This document shows positions 32,983 through 42,099 of a stretch of DNA of 64,000 nucleotides, one piece after another (within the stretch, counting starts at the first letter, position 1; each line of letters opens with the position of its first letter). The position numbers and the translations under genes were made by a program. The notes under the pieces are model-generated. The model did not search any database and was not told the origin of the DNA. It saw only the letters and a program-made list of their open reading frames with translations. The stretch is from an uncultured bacterium (GTDB taxonomy: Bacteria > Patescibacteriota > Minisyncoccia > Moranbacterales > UBA2206): assembly GCA_903841185.1 (NCBI GenBank), contig CAIMIV010000012.1, positions 86 to 64,085 on the forward strand, written 5' to 3'.

Positions 32983-33055
32983 TGCGCCCACCAGGACTCG
33001 AACCTGGGACCGTTTGCTTAAAAGGCAACTGCTCTACCAACTGAGCTATGAGCGC
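32983..33055 (-). tRNA. tRNA-Lys (anticodon TTT)
   Basis: Cloverleaf folded by hand. Acceptor GCGCTCA/TGGGCGC, D-arm GCTC-AGTTGGTA-GAGC, anticodon loop CTTTTAA, T-arm CCAGG-TTCGAGT-CCTGG. No encoded CCA. Confidence 0.8.
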
Positions 33056-33061
33056 ATTAAT

Positions 33062-33316
33062 TCAATTTTTAATAAAACTTTTTATAAATTCCCTGCCTCT
33101 AAAACTCTTTAATTCCTTCTCTCTTTTCACAACGTCTGCTCTTGTTGCAAATTCTTCTTTATAAATCAGCTCCCAATTTCCATAATTCTTACTCGTAAAC
33201 GAAGTGCTTTTATTTTTAAGCAATCCATTATGCCTTTGTAATCTTACTTCTAAATCAGCAGTTTGTCCAATATATATTTTATTCGATTGATTCCTAATTG
33301 CGTATACGTAAAACAT
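33062..33316 (-). CDS. Free-standing GIY-YIG nuclease domain protein (84 aa)
   Basis: 'FYVYAIRNQSNKIYIGQTADLEVRLQRHN' contains the GIY...YIG core and the conserved Arg and Glu (UPF0213/Slx1-like mini-endonuclease). Confidence 0.75.
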   Translation of the reverse strand: MFYVYAIRNQSNKIYIGQTADLEVRLQRHNGLLKNKSTSFTSKNYGNWELIYKEEFATRADVVKREKELKSFRGREFIKSFIKN

Positions 33317-33325
33317 ATTATTATA

Positions 33326-33386
33326 CCTGGGACCGTTTGCTTAAAAGTCCGCCAGCTGGCGGATCTACCAACTGAGCTATGAGCGC
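33326..33386 (-). pseudogene. Degenerate partial copy of tRNA-Lys (5' two-thirds) with a 16-bp perfect palindrome replacing the D/anticodon junction
   Basis: Matches the intact tRNA-Lys and its leader over 'GCGCTCATAGCTCAGTTGGTAGA' and 'CTTTTAAGCAAACGGTCCCAGG'. TCCGCCAGCTGGCGGA is inserted. The T-loop and 3' acceptor strand are missing, and the GIY-YIG ATG lies 9 nt after CCAGG. Confidence 0.55.
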
Positions 33387-33474
33387 ATTAATTCAATTTT
33401 TTGCAAAAAACAAAATCAGTTATAAGTTAATAACTTTTATTAGTATATCACTTCTACAATTTCCGTCAATGTTT

Positions 33475-33975
33475 TTAGCGATTAAGTTTTTTATGGATGA
33501 AAACCAGAAAAGCCAAAGGGATGACCATCCAAAAAAATCGGGCATTTTCTGAGGTCAAATACTCCATAGCGGTGGGAGAAATGAACCCTAGGGCAATCTT
33601 TTTTGGAACAATCACTAAAACTATACTGAGCAGGAGAATAACTTCCATAAAACTCATCACGAAAACTCGCCACAAGAAACCGGAGCCCGCACCGGAGATA
33701 TAAACCTCAAAAAGCTTTTTATCAATCAAGGTCAGAACGACCACGAGCGCTAAGAAAAAAACTAATTTATATAGATACTCCGTGAAGAATTGCGCCGGCA
33801 CCACCGTCGTCACAGCAAAGGCCACATACATATTGATGAGAATGGTCACCAATTTATAGCGCCCGATAAACATGCCAAAGATGAAACTAAACACCGTGAT
33901 CACAAGCAAGAGCGAAATGTCTTGTGTCAAAGCCGGTGAAACTCCTAATTTTGACAATAAAAATCCGATGTCCAT
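33475..33975 (-). CDS. Polytopic membrane protein (hypothetical)
   Basis: 166 aa with 4-5 hydrophobic helices. Sits next to the SPFH gene, so it may be an NfeD-like partner, but no OB-fold is evident. Confidence 0.45.
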   Translation of the reverse strand: MDIGFLLSKLGVSPALTQDISLLLVITVFSFIFGMFIGRYKLVTILINMYVAFAVTTVVPAQFFTEYLYKLVFFLALVVVLTLIDKKLFEVYISGAGSGFLWRVFVMSFMEVILLLSIVLVIVPKKIALGFISPTAMEYLTSENARFFWMVIPLAFLVFIHKKLNR

Positions 33976-33996
33976 AGAAACAACTTTTTAGCTTAT

Positions 33997-34842
33997 TTAG
34001 ATTTTTTCCTTAGTAAGAAAAGCTTGGATATCATTGACCGTGCCCATAAATTGCGCCGGGAAAATTATGGTGGAATTTTTTTCCACACTGATCTCCGCCA
34101 TAGTCTGCAAATTACGCAATTGCAAGGCAATGGGATGCGCCGCCATGATATCCGCAGTTTCTGCCAATTTCTGACTAGCCAAAAATTCTCCTTCGGCCGC
34201 AATCACTTTGGCTCGTTTCTCTCTTTCTGCTTCAGCTTGTTTCGCCATAGCGCGCTGCATATTCTCCGGCAATTCGATGTCCTTGATTTCCACCACTGAA
34301 ACAATCACGCCCCATGGTTCAGTGCGCTCATCCAACACCGCCCGAATTTCTTTGTTGATTTCATCTCTTTCTGAAAGCACCTCATCCAATTGAAAGCGTC
34401 CGACAATGTTACGCACTGTGGTTTGGGCAATTTGATTGATGGCGCTCATCACATTTTCAATGGCGACGATACTCTTTTGGGCATCTACTATTTGATAATA
34501 CGCCACCGCGGAAATGTCCACCGACACATTATCCTTAGTAATAATTTTTTGCGCCGGAATCGGCAAAGTGATGGTGCGAAAATCAACGTTGCGCATGCGG
34601 TCGATATACGGAACAATCCAATTCAATCCCGGTTCGCGACTGGAAATTATTTTTCCAAAACGAAACACCACTCCCACTTCATACTGTTGAACAATCCGAA
34701 AGCCGGGCAAAATAAAAAACATAAAGACGATCACTAGCAACGGGAATAGGCCTGCGATAAGTTCCATAATTTTTTTCTTTAAACTATTATTAGACCTGTT
34801 GCTTAATAGGTTGCGTAACGAAATTTTCAGATTTTGCGGCAT
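33997..34842 (-). CDS. SPFH/band-7 (stomatin-like) protein
   Basis: TM anchor plus 'QQYEVGVVFRFGK' and a long helical 'AEREKRAKVIAAEGE' region typical of stomatin/prohibitin. Confidence 0.8.
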   Translation of the reverse strand: MPQNLKISLRNLLSNRSNNSLKKKIMELIAGLFPLLVIVFMFFILPGFRIVQQYEVGVVFRFGKIISSREPGLNWIVPYIDRMRNVDFRTITLPIPAQKIITKDNVSVDISAVAYYQIVDAQKSIVAIENVMSAINQIAQTTVRNIVGRFQLDEVLSERDEINKEIRAVLDERTEPWGVIVSVVEIKDIELPENMQRAMAKQAEAEREKRAKVIAAEGEFLASQKLAETADIMAAHPIALQLRNLQTMAEISVEKNSTIIFPAQFMGTVNDIQAFLTKEKI

Positions 34843-35092
34843 AATTTTTCAAATAATTTTTGCGGTTTAGCCGTAGCTAAGCCAAGAAAATTTTTGGAAA
34901 ATTTGACCAAAATATGGAAATTGCAGTAGTGAGTTATTATGCAATAGGTCTATTATTTTCAATTATAAGACTATTACCAAAAATAAACAAGCCCGCTTCA
35001 CATTTATTTTTTTGTATTGGATGCCATTCGTCTTTTTTAATTGCTAAATCAATTCATGAATTTCCACCAAACCCATCCCTCTTGATAGCACA

Positions 35093-35151
35093 ACATTCTG
35101 GTATTCTGTTTACCCTGTTGCGTTATGCTATCAGGGCAGAATGTAAGAGTA
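35093..35151. repeat. Intergenic hairpin repeat R1 (long form)
   Basis: ACATTCTGGTATTCTG-[insert TTTACCCTG..GCTATCAGGG]-CAGAATGT. Confidence 0.7.
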
Positions 35152-35202
35152 TCAATTAGGAGTTAGTTTGTTATGATTACTTTTATTTTTTAAGCGAAGT
35201 CT

Positions 35203-35859
35203 TTAATTTTTTCCTTCTTTACATCTCAAACCAAAAACATCAGAGTTGCAAGAAAATGTATGATGTTTATCTCTAGCAGTAGCATCGCCCACTACTTCAA
35301 AAGTTGAGCTATCTGCATTATCTATAATTACATCCTCATAAAAGACATGTCCTTTGTCTTTTGAAAAATTATTTCCCAACACTATGAATGTTTTTGGGTC
35401 GGCATCTTTGATTATTTTTTCATCACTATTTCCGCCATAAGAATTAAAGACAAAATTTTTATCTCTTAGAAAGTCATCAGTTAAGTATTCCAAAGTTGCT
35501 GGGTCTGCCATTGTGTTTCTTTCATATAGACAATCCTGTCCACAAAAAGGGCGAAAGAAAACAACATTCTTATCTTTAACAAAACATGTGTTTACTACTT
35601 CAAATGTTTGAGGATCTAATTTATCCAGAGCCTCTTTAGGTAAACATTTATAGGCATCATAAACATGTGATTGATCTTTTGAAAATTCCTCGTTAATTTG
35701 TATTTTTTCAGATAGTTCTTGATTATTTACCGTATCCATTTTTATTGGCGCAGTATTTGAATTCATTTTTCTATTTTGCAACCAAAAGGATCCACCTAGC
35801 AGTAAGGAAATGACTAAAATGATACCAACTGCGATTTCTATTTTTATGTTTTTATTCAT
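35203..35859 (-). CDS. Secreted DKNYY-repeat protein
   Basis: TM/signal N-terminus and four 'KDKNxVF(F/Y)' repeats. Confidence 0.55.
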   Translation of the reverse strand: MNKNIKIEIAVGIILVISLLLGGSFWLQNRKMNSNTAPIKMDTVNNQELSEKIQINEEFSKDQSHVYDAYKCLPKEALDKLDPQTFEVVNTCFVKDKNVVFFRPFCGQDCLYERNTMADPATLEYLTDDFLRDKNFVFNSYGGNSDEKIIKDADPKTFIVLGNNFSKDKGHVFYEDVIIDNADSSTFEVVGDATARDKHHTFSCNSDVFGLRCKEGKN

Positions 35860-36012
35860 TTTTATTTACTATATTTTTTATACCTTTATTATACCACAAA
35901 AAATTTTGAATTAATAAAATTATTATCACCTTTCCCAGATTAAATTTGCGGAGATAAAAAAACAGGGTGAAGGAAATTCTTCCTCACACCCTGCCCCATC
36001 AAACTGAAAAAC

Positions 36013-36822
36013 TTATAGACTCATAAGTTTCTCTAACGCCTTGTCCCAATCCTTGCCCATATAGTTAATGAACAATACTGGCTGACCATTGATGATTTGC
36101 GGATCACGCAAGTCATCAAAGATGGCCGATACCCAATCTTGATGGTGATTAGCATCGGTGACAATGGCAAACCGCGCACCGCTCTTGGTGGCTGGAAACA
36201 TAAGAAACGGACCATTGTGGACGACTTCACCCAAGGATAGCGTGATGGCTTCCATGGAAAGAGCGGAGCCCTTAGTTTGGACTGGCATCTGACAATCAGA
36301 GAGAACGACATCATATTTATTCGCTCTTATCAATTGCTTACCCTCACCATAGCCACTTGCCAAAGTAAGGAAATGCTTTTCGCCCAACAGCTCCAATGCG
36401 GATAACAAGTTCTCTTGTTTGTCATCCACAACCAGGATGTGCAACGCATCATCCGCGTTCTCCGGAACATATTCCACGCCCATCTCAATAGCCCTGACTT
36501 GGTCAACCTCATCGTTATCAGGAGATGCCCCATTAATTTCTTGGGCAATTTCCGAAACATAAGCGGTTAAATCCGTTATATATTCAAACACGGAAATCCA
36601 CCTGACGTTTGCCGCTGAGAACTTGATCTCTTTAACCGAAAAAACTGCAAACTTTTTTTCCGTTGAATAGACCTCGTGCAGCTTTGATTCATCAAAAACA
36701 ATGATGAGATCAGCTTCGGCAGCAGACTTTGCTTGACCACAAACAGCTGGATCAATAAGAAGCGGCAACACTGCGCCTAAAGCACCCCCAATCGGTCCAC
36801 CAACAGCGATAAAATATTGCAT
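36013..36822 (-). CDS. Response-regulator receiver (REC) domain protein with non-canonical flanking regions
   Basis: Central 'ILVVDDKQENLLSALELL...YDVVLSDCQMP' CheY-like segment containing the phospho-acceptor Asp. Confidence 0.55.
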   Translation of the reverse strand: MQYFIAVGGPIGGALGAVLPLLIDPAVCGQAKSAAEADLIIVFDESKLHEVYSTEKKFAVFSVKEIKFSAANVRWISVFEYITDLTAYVSEIAQEINGASPDNDEVDQVRAIEMGVEYVPENADDALHILVVDDKQENLLSALELLGEKHFLTLASGYGEGKQLIRANKYDVVLSDCQMPVQTKGSALSMEAITLSLGEVVHNGPFLMFPATKSGARFAIVTDANHHQDWVSAIFDDLRDPQIINGQPVLFINYMGKDWDKALEKLMSL

Positions 36823-36998
36823 AACATACTCCCTTTTCTCGTATAGGTTTATTTACAGCCATCTCTGAATAGACTTCCGCCAAATTTTCAAAAAACTACG
36901 ACATTAAATACTAGCAAATTTTTCGTCTTTTGTCAACAACGCTTGACAGAAAGTAAAAAACGCTATAACAAGCGTTTTTTATGATGTATTATATATAT

Positions 36999-37157
36999 TT
37001 AGCCGATGAGCTCATAGTAGACGCCAGTGCCGGTTTGGCGGACCTTGAGTTCTTTTTCCAGTTCGTCCAGATAGTTGGTGACGTTGGAATCAGACACGCC
37101 CAAGAGTTTTTCGATTTCGTTGTTGTATGTTCTTTTAGTCTTGCAATGTTCTGACAT
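36999..37157 (-). CDS. 52-aa mini winged-HTH protein (MSEHCKTKRTYNNEIEKLLGVSDSNVTNYLDELEKELKVRQTGTGVYYELIG)
   Basis: ORF below the 60-aa track cutoff, translated by hand. It has an HTH-turn pattern. The same ~150-bp unit recurs at 44343-44495 and as a fragment at 40078-40140. Confidence 0.4.
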   Translation of the reverse strand: MSEHCKTKRTYNNEIEKLLGVSDSNVTNYLDELEKELKVRQTGTGVYYELIG

Positions 37158-37260
37158 AGTTATTTATTCAAAAAAAATGTACCTGACCCCATTCTTGCTT
37201 TTGCCTATCCCATCACTTAGCAGTTTTACATCTCAAGCAAAATGTTCATCGACATAATTG

Positions 37261-38610
37261 CTAATTACATTTTTCCGAAAAAACACATCCATCTTTTGTA
37301 CATTTTACATTCCCAGTCCCATTGCATTCAGGATAATTTTTACAATATAATGTATATTCCCAATCTTTATTTTTATAAGCAATAATCCATTGCGTATCGT
37401 TTACGTCACCGCACACGCTCATTATTGGCCACTTATCAGTATTGTCGTCACATACAAACCTTGGGGGCGCCCCTAATCCACTATTTTTTATAATTTTACC
37501 ATTTTCATCACATTTTTTTGCAGATGACACCATGGACATAGCAACGCTGGTGATTTGATCAAAATCCAGCTCTCTCTGTGTGGGGATTTTTTGCTCAGTG
37601 TTGCCTGTACTTGTATTATTTGTTTGCATATCTTGTTGCTTAGCTCCTGTCTCTTGATTAAGCTTCAACTCATTTAATATTTTTTCGCATGCAGATTTTT
37701 TTGATGGAGCAGCTATTTTATCACATATTATCCGCTGTGTTTCAATCATGCATTTTTTTGATAATTTTATATCTCCAATCTTCTGACAAACTGTAGCATT
37801 TTGAGTTGCTTTAGCAGTAAAATCATAACAATAACTCTTACCAACTTCATTGGGAATGGCATTGCACTGGTCAGGAGAATGCACATTTTTATAATCAAAA
37901 TCAAACAAATAGCCAATATAACAATCACTTTGCTCATTCACGCTACTCGATTTCTCACAAACACTCATATCTTTATTTCTGATAGATTTTTCAATGAGAC
38001 ATGCGTCCATTTCTTCAATATCAGCAATCCCATCACAATTATTAGCTCTATTAATTGTGATGTTCATTGCAAGAATGTTTGTCGAAACAGATAAAATAAT
38101 TATAATGCCAAATATTTTTAGCGAACTGATTTTTATATATTTTGACATTGCGACACCAATACATAGGCCAAATAATCCCATGAGAGAAGTAATAATCAAG
38201 GGAAAAAACATTCCTGTGAAAAATATAAAATATGGTACTAGGAGTATGGAAATATATGCCATCACAGAAGCGATAACAGAAACTTTCAAAATAGTTTTTA
38301 ATGATGATGGATTAATCAATACTCCTATGAGCAAACCTAATTCAGTAGGAATAAGATATAAGAAAATTTTAAAGAAGAATGTGCTCGCATTATATTCATA
38401 TCCACCAAGCGAAAAAAAAGTGCGAAATGCAAACAAGCTATTTGCAATAAGTAGAGCTGTTAAAATTCCAATGACGATTACTTTTAACTTACTATATTTA
38501 GGTTGACTTTGATCGTTATTTAGCTCTATTGGTGTTGTTTCCATTTTTTTAATATTATTTATAATTGAAATTGTGGGGGTTTTTGGTATTTCAGTCCGAC
38601 ATTTTGACAT
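37261..38610 (-). CDS. Membrane-anchored Cys-rich extracytoplasmic protein (hypothetical)
   Basis: Five N-terminal TM helices, then a ~250-aa domain with more than 20 Cys in CxxC-like spacing. Confidence 0.5.
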   Translation of the reverse strand: MSKCRTEIPKTPTISIINNIKKMETTPIELNNDQSQPKYSKLKVIVIGILTALLIANSLFAFRTFFSLGGYEYNASTFFFKIFLYLIPTELGLLIGVLINPSSLKTILKVSVIASVMAYISILLVPYFIFFTGMFFPLIITSLMGLFGLCIGVAMSKYIKISSLKIFGIIIILSVSTNILAMNITINRANNCDGIADIEEMDACLIEKSIRNKDMSVCEKSSSVNEQSDCYIGYLFDFDYKNVHSPDQCNAIPNEVGKSYCYDFTAKATQNATVCQKIGDIKLSKKCMIETQRIICDKIAAPSKKSACEKILNELKLNQETGAKQQDMQTNNTSTGNTEQKIPTQRELDFDQITSVAMSMVSSAKKCDENGKIIKNSGLGAPPRFVCDDNTDKWPIMSVCGDVNDTQWIIAYKNKDWEYTLYCKNYPECNGTGNVKCTKDGCVFSEKCN

Positions 38611-38666
38611 TCTGGCATTCTATTTACCCTGTAGCGTTATGCTTCTGGGGCAGAATGTCGGAGTGT
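38607..38666. repeat. Intergenic hairpin repeat R2 (long form)
   Basis: Same core with the TTTACCCTGTAGCGTTATGCTTCTGGGG insert. Confidence 0.7.
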
Positions 38667-38668
38667 CA

Positions 38669-38971
38669 TCAGAATGATTTCAAAAATTTCAGGAATCGCC
38701 GGCCATAGGGTGAGAGCGAATGAGCCACTCCCCGGCCTATATGGATTTTATTAATAAGTCCGGCTTGGGTCAATTTCTTGGTGTGCTCAGATAAGGTTTT
38801 GGCGTTGCCGCCCGTTGCCTGGCAAATTCCGTCTAGCGTAATGCCATTCCTCTCAGCCACAAGAAAAAGAATCTCAATCCGACGATGATTGGCCACGCCT
38901 TTCAAATGACGCTCCATCTGTCTGGAGGTCATCGGTCTCGGTTCAATTGTCACCCGCTTTTTCGCCAGCAT
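38669..38971 (-). CDS. ArsR-family winged-helix transcriptional regulator
   Basis: 'LSEHTKKLTQAGLINK' recognition-helix pattern. 100 aa. Confidence 0.65.
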   Translation of the reverse strand: MLAKKRVTIEPRPMTSRQMERHLKGVANHRRIEILFLVAERNGITLDGICQATGGNAKTLSEHTKKLTQAGLINKIHIGRGVAHSLSPYGRRFLKFLKSF

Positions 38972-39053
38972 TTTTTTGATGATAGATTACTAAGATTAAT
39001 CATCTTATCCTCAGTATATCACAACTATCGGCAAACATAATATTTGATAAATA

Positions 39054-39085
39054 ACATTCTGGTATTCTGCAGAATGTCGGAGTGT
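39054..39085. repeat. Intergenic hairpin repeat R3 (short form ACATTCTGGTATTCTGCAGAATGTCGGAGTGT)
   Basis: Nested palindrome: ACATTCTG/CAGAATGT and ATTCTG/CAGAAT, with a PstI site at the core. Confidence 0.75.
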
Positions 39086-39273
39086 TAGTTTGGAGTTGGT
39101 GCTTTTATTCTACCATGTTGCACGCTCTTACAGAAACGACCAGAGCGGCGAATAACCGTGAGAAGATATGCGGATTCGATCGGAAAGAGAGTTTTTCTTC
39201 AACATGCGCGTTAAAATTTCAATTGATTCTTTGTCTTCCATAAATATTTCCTACTAGCATTACCCTACATTTG

Positions 39274-39960
39274 CTACTCCTCTATTTCCAAAATCAATGG
39301 CAGATGATCAGAAACTTCATTATTCACCACTGAAAAGTTTTTCATCCTAATCTCCGGACTCAAAAATATATAATCAGCGTGATATTGTGGATTATTGGGA
39401 TACATTTCCCAAGCCACGCGATTACGAGTGGTTTTCACATCAAACTCCCTGATTAAATCACGGTAGCCATTGTTCGCGAACATCCGTATGCTTTCCGTAT
39501 CAGGAAGCATATTGAAATCTCCGCCGATAATCTTCAAACCTTTCTTATCCTTGAAATATTCAATTAGCCCAATTGACTGCCTAAGGCGCGCTGGCGTGTC
39601 GAGCTTGTCTCCAGGCTGGCAACAACCATGAAAATTACATATCTGAATTATTTTATTGCCAAATGTAATTTTTATATTCACACCAAGGCCGCAATCCGTC
39701 TGCGCATCCAAGACTTCGCCAGTCTCGATCACTTTAATTTTTTTATTCACATAGGTCGCCTGCGTAAAATCATCGCCTGAAATCTCTTTATATGCATAGA
39801 ATTCTTCATAATCAGAAAGGATGCTTCGAGCTAATTGCCTCATTTCCGGATAAACTTCCTGGAAACAAAAAATGTCCGTGTCGAGCGCCTGATTTCGAAT
39901 AAATTCTGTAATGCCATCTTTAATTTCTCCATTCCAAGTGTTTAGAAATACTATTTTCAT
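39274..39960 (-). CDS. Endonuclease/exonuclease/phosphatase (EEP) family protein
   Basis: 'FCFQEV' N-terminal motif and C-terminal 'SDHLPL' catalytic motif. Confidence 0.8.
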   Translation of the reverse strand: MKIVFLNTWNGEIKDGITEFIRNQALDTDIFCFQEVYPEMRQLARSILSDYEEFYAYKEISGDDFTQATYVNKKIKVIETGEVLDAQTDCGLGVNIKITFGNKIIQICNFHGCCQPGDKLDTPARLRQSIGLIEYFKDKKGLKIIGGDFNMLPDTESIRMFANNGYRDLIREFDVKTTRNRVAWEMYPNNPQYHADYIFLSPEIRMKNFSVVNNEVSDHLPLILEIEE

Positions 39961-39999
39961 ATATTTTTTGAAAATTATTAATCTCTTTATTTTAGACTG

Positions 40000-40056
40000 A
40001 CATTCTGGTATTCTGCAGAATGTCGGAGTGTCAGTTAAGGGTTAGTTGGAACGGCC
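40000..40056. repeat. Intergenic hairpin repeat R4 (short form plus 'CAGTTAAGGGTTAGTTGGAACGGCC' tail)
   Basis: The same tail is shared with R8. Confidence 0.75.
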
Positions 40057-40077
40057 AGATTGTGATTTAGCTGATTA

Positions 40078-40140
40078 GTTCGTAGTAGACGCCGGTACCG
40101 GTTTGGCGTACCTTGGTTTCGTTTTCCAGTTCGTCCATAA
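40078..40140 (-). pseudogene. Fragment (C-terminal 24 codons) of the mini winged-HTH gene unit
   Basis: Encodes MDELENETKVRQTGTGVYYELIS*, directly abutting the Fic stop codon. Confidence 0.4.
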
Positions 40141-41199
40141 CTATTTTCCAATAATCCTATATCTCGTGGTTCTCCCCATGCCAATTCGTTGGATTTTTTT
40201 CATATCCAAAAGACGATCCAAGGACTGATTGACGGTCGGTCTAAGTACTCCTGTTTTTTTGACAATTTCACCTGCGGTTACCTCTTCCACCGTTAGCAAG
40301 AAATTCCAAATCAAAAGCTGTTTTGGAGAAAGAATCATTTCCATTCTTTCTGTTGAAAGCAAGTCAATCGCCCGCATAGCCTGCATTTCCAGAATTTTTA
40401 GAAAATATTCCAGCCAGACAATAATCTCCTCTTTTTTTCCGTCAAATGTTTTCTGACTTTTTCGCAATGCCAAATAATATTCCGTTTTATTGTCTTCAAT
40501 TATTTTTTCATGTGAAATATATGGCACGAATCCATAGCCTACTTTTAGTAGTAATAGATTTGTCAGAATTCGCGAAAGCCGTCCATTACCATCTTGAAAA
40601 GGATGGATTTTCAAAAATTCCACCACGAAATTACCCACAATCAAAAGTGGATGATATTTTTTTTCTGCCAAAACTTCCTGTGTCCAAAGCACCAGTTCTT
40701 GTGTTTGCTTCGGGGCCAGATAGGCCCGTGTCGTTTCAAAAACCACACCGATCGGTTTGCCCTCCGCGTCAAACATAGAAACATCATTTTCAGTTTTCTT
40801 ATAATCCCCTCGGTGACGAACATCTTTCTCGGCATATTTCAAAAGTTCATTGTGCAAATGTTTTATGGAACTCTCTGAAAAAGAAATTGTTTTCCACGCG
40901 TTGAATACGTTTTCCAGAAGTTCATAATATCCCTGCACCTCCTGCCTATCTCGATCGCGAAATTTACTGATATTCAGGCCCTTGATAAATCTTTCCACGT
41001 CCGTATCAGACAATCTTGAACCTTCGATTCTAGTGGAAGAGCCTGAGGACGTGACCAATACTGATTTTTTGAGACGGCCTAAAAGCTGAGGTGAAAGGTT
41101 TACTCCCTCAGTCCAACGACCCTTTATTTCATCAATTCTACCAATTTTTGATAGGATTTCAGGTGTTATATTCCCCAGTCTTTGGCTAAAATCAGTCAT
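40141..41199 (-). CDS. Fic/Doc (Fido) family protein with C-terminal winged helix
   Basis: Canonical Fic motif 'HPFQDGNGRLSR'. Confidence 0.85.
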   Translation of the reverse strand: MTDFSQRLGNITPEILSKIGRIDEIKGRWTEGVNLSPQLLGRLKKSVLVTSSGSSTRIEGSRLSDTDVERFIKGLNISKFRDRDRQEVQGYYELLENVFNAWKTISFSESSIKHLHNELLKYAEKDVRHRGDYKKTENDVSMFDAEGKPIGVVFETTRAYLAPKQTQELVLWTQEVLAEKKYHPLLIVGNFVVEFLKIHPFQDGNGRLSRILTNLLLLKVGYGFVPYISHEKIIEDNKTEYYLALRKSQKTFDGKKEEIIVWLEYFLKILEMQAMRAIDLLSTERMEMILSPKQLLIWNFLLTVEEVTAGEIVKKTGVLRPTVNQSLDRLLDMKKIQRIGMGRTTRYRIIGK

Positions 41200-41261
41200 T
41201 TTTTATCTTATATTATAACTACATAAGATTATATTAGATTATATTAGATTTGTCAATTTTC

Positions 41262-41335
41262 ACTGTTGCGTTATGCTATCAGAATTTACCCAATAGCGCT
41301 ATGCTTCTGGGGCAGGATGTCAGAATGTTAATTAA
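41262..41335. repeat. Intergenic hairpin repeat R5 (rearranged long form, inner module duplicated)
   Basis: CTGTTGCGTTATGCTATCAGAAT...AGCGCTATGCTTCTGGGGCAGGATGTCAGAATGT. Confidence 0.6.
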
Positions 41336-41496
41336 GAGTTAATTAGCTCATTTTAACCTACTAGTGTAAACTGATACATCATTTTTGTTTATGCTAGTCA
41401 AATAGCATTAACTTCTGAAAATATTCTTGATGATATTATATCACTATAACAAAACCCTGTCCACTTTGACCCTGTGGATAACTTAAACAATACAGA

Positions 41497-41898
41497 TTAT
41501 TTCCAATTTAAATAAGTTATTGTCAGTTGCAAGATTGTGGCGAAAGAAACCCACAACAGATATGGGGTTTGAATATAGGTAATCCAGCGTGCATGTGGGA
41601 AGATTCCAATCATCCCCCAGATAAGTGTGCCCAGCACTAACAAAATATCAATAGCCGCTAGATAATTATTTTTGAGCCCAAATTGAATGGGTGTGAAAGA
41701 GAAATTGAAAATTAAATTCAAAATAAAAGGCAGTGCAACCAAGAATGGAATTTGCTTCTTGATTAACATCCAAAAAACCCTGCCAAAAGAAATAGCAATC
41801 AAGACATATAAAAATGTCCACACCGGACCAAAAACCCAGCTCGGTGGCGACCAAGTTGGTTTAAAAAGTTGCGCATACCAATTAGTTGTATTATTCAT
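41497..41898 (-). CDS. tspO: TspO/MBR family tryptophan-rich membrane protein
   Basis: 'WYAQLFKPTWSPPSWVFGPVWTFLY' is a classic TspO N-terminal signature, with five TM helices. Confidence 0.8.
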   Translation of the reverse strand: MNNTTNWYAQLFKPTWSPPSWVFGPVWTFLYVLIAISFGRVFWMLIKKQIPFLVALPFILNLIFNFSFTPIQFGLKNNYLAAIDILLVLGTLIWGMIGIFPHARWITYIQTPYLLWVSFATILQLTITYLNWK

Positions 41899-41967
41899 AG
41901 TTTTTATATTAAAAACTTATTTTTTAATTACTGAATTTTTATTATATCACAACTATTTCTAGAAATA

Positions 41968-41999
41968 ACATTCTGGCTTTCTGCAGAATGTCGGAGTAT
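41968..41999. repeat. Intergenic hairpin repeat R6 (short form)
   Basis: ACATTCTGGCTTTCTGCAGAATGTCGGAGTAT. Confidence 0.7.
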
Positions 42000-42099
42000 C
42001 GTTTTGGATGGACATTCTGGTGCAAGCGATGATAGTGAGGATGCCAAATTATAAATAATCATCAATTTGGGATAACTTAAAAAAACTCTATTATCTTAT

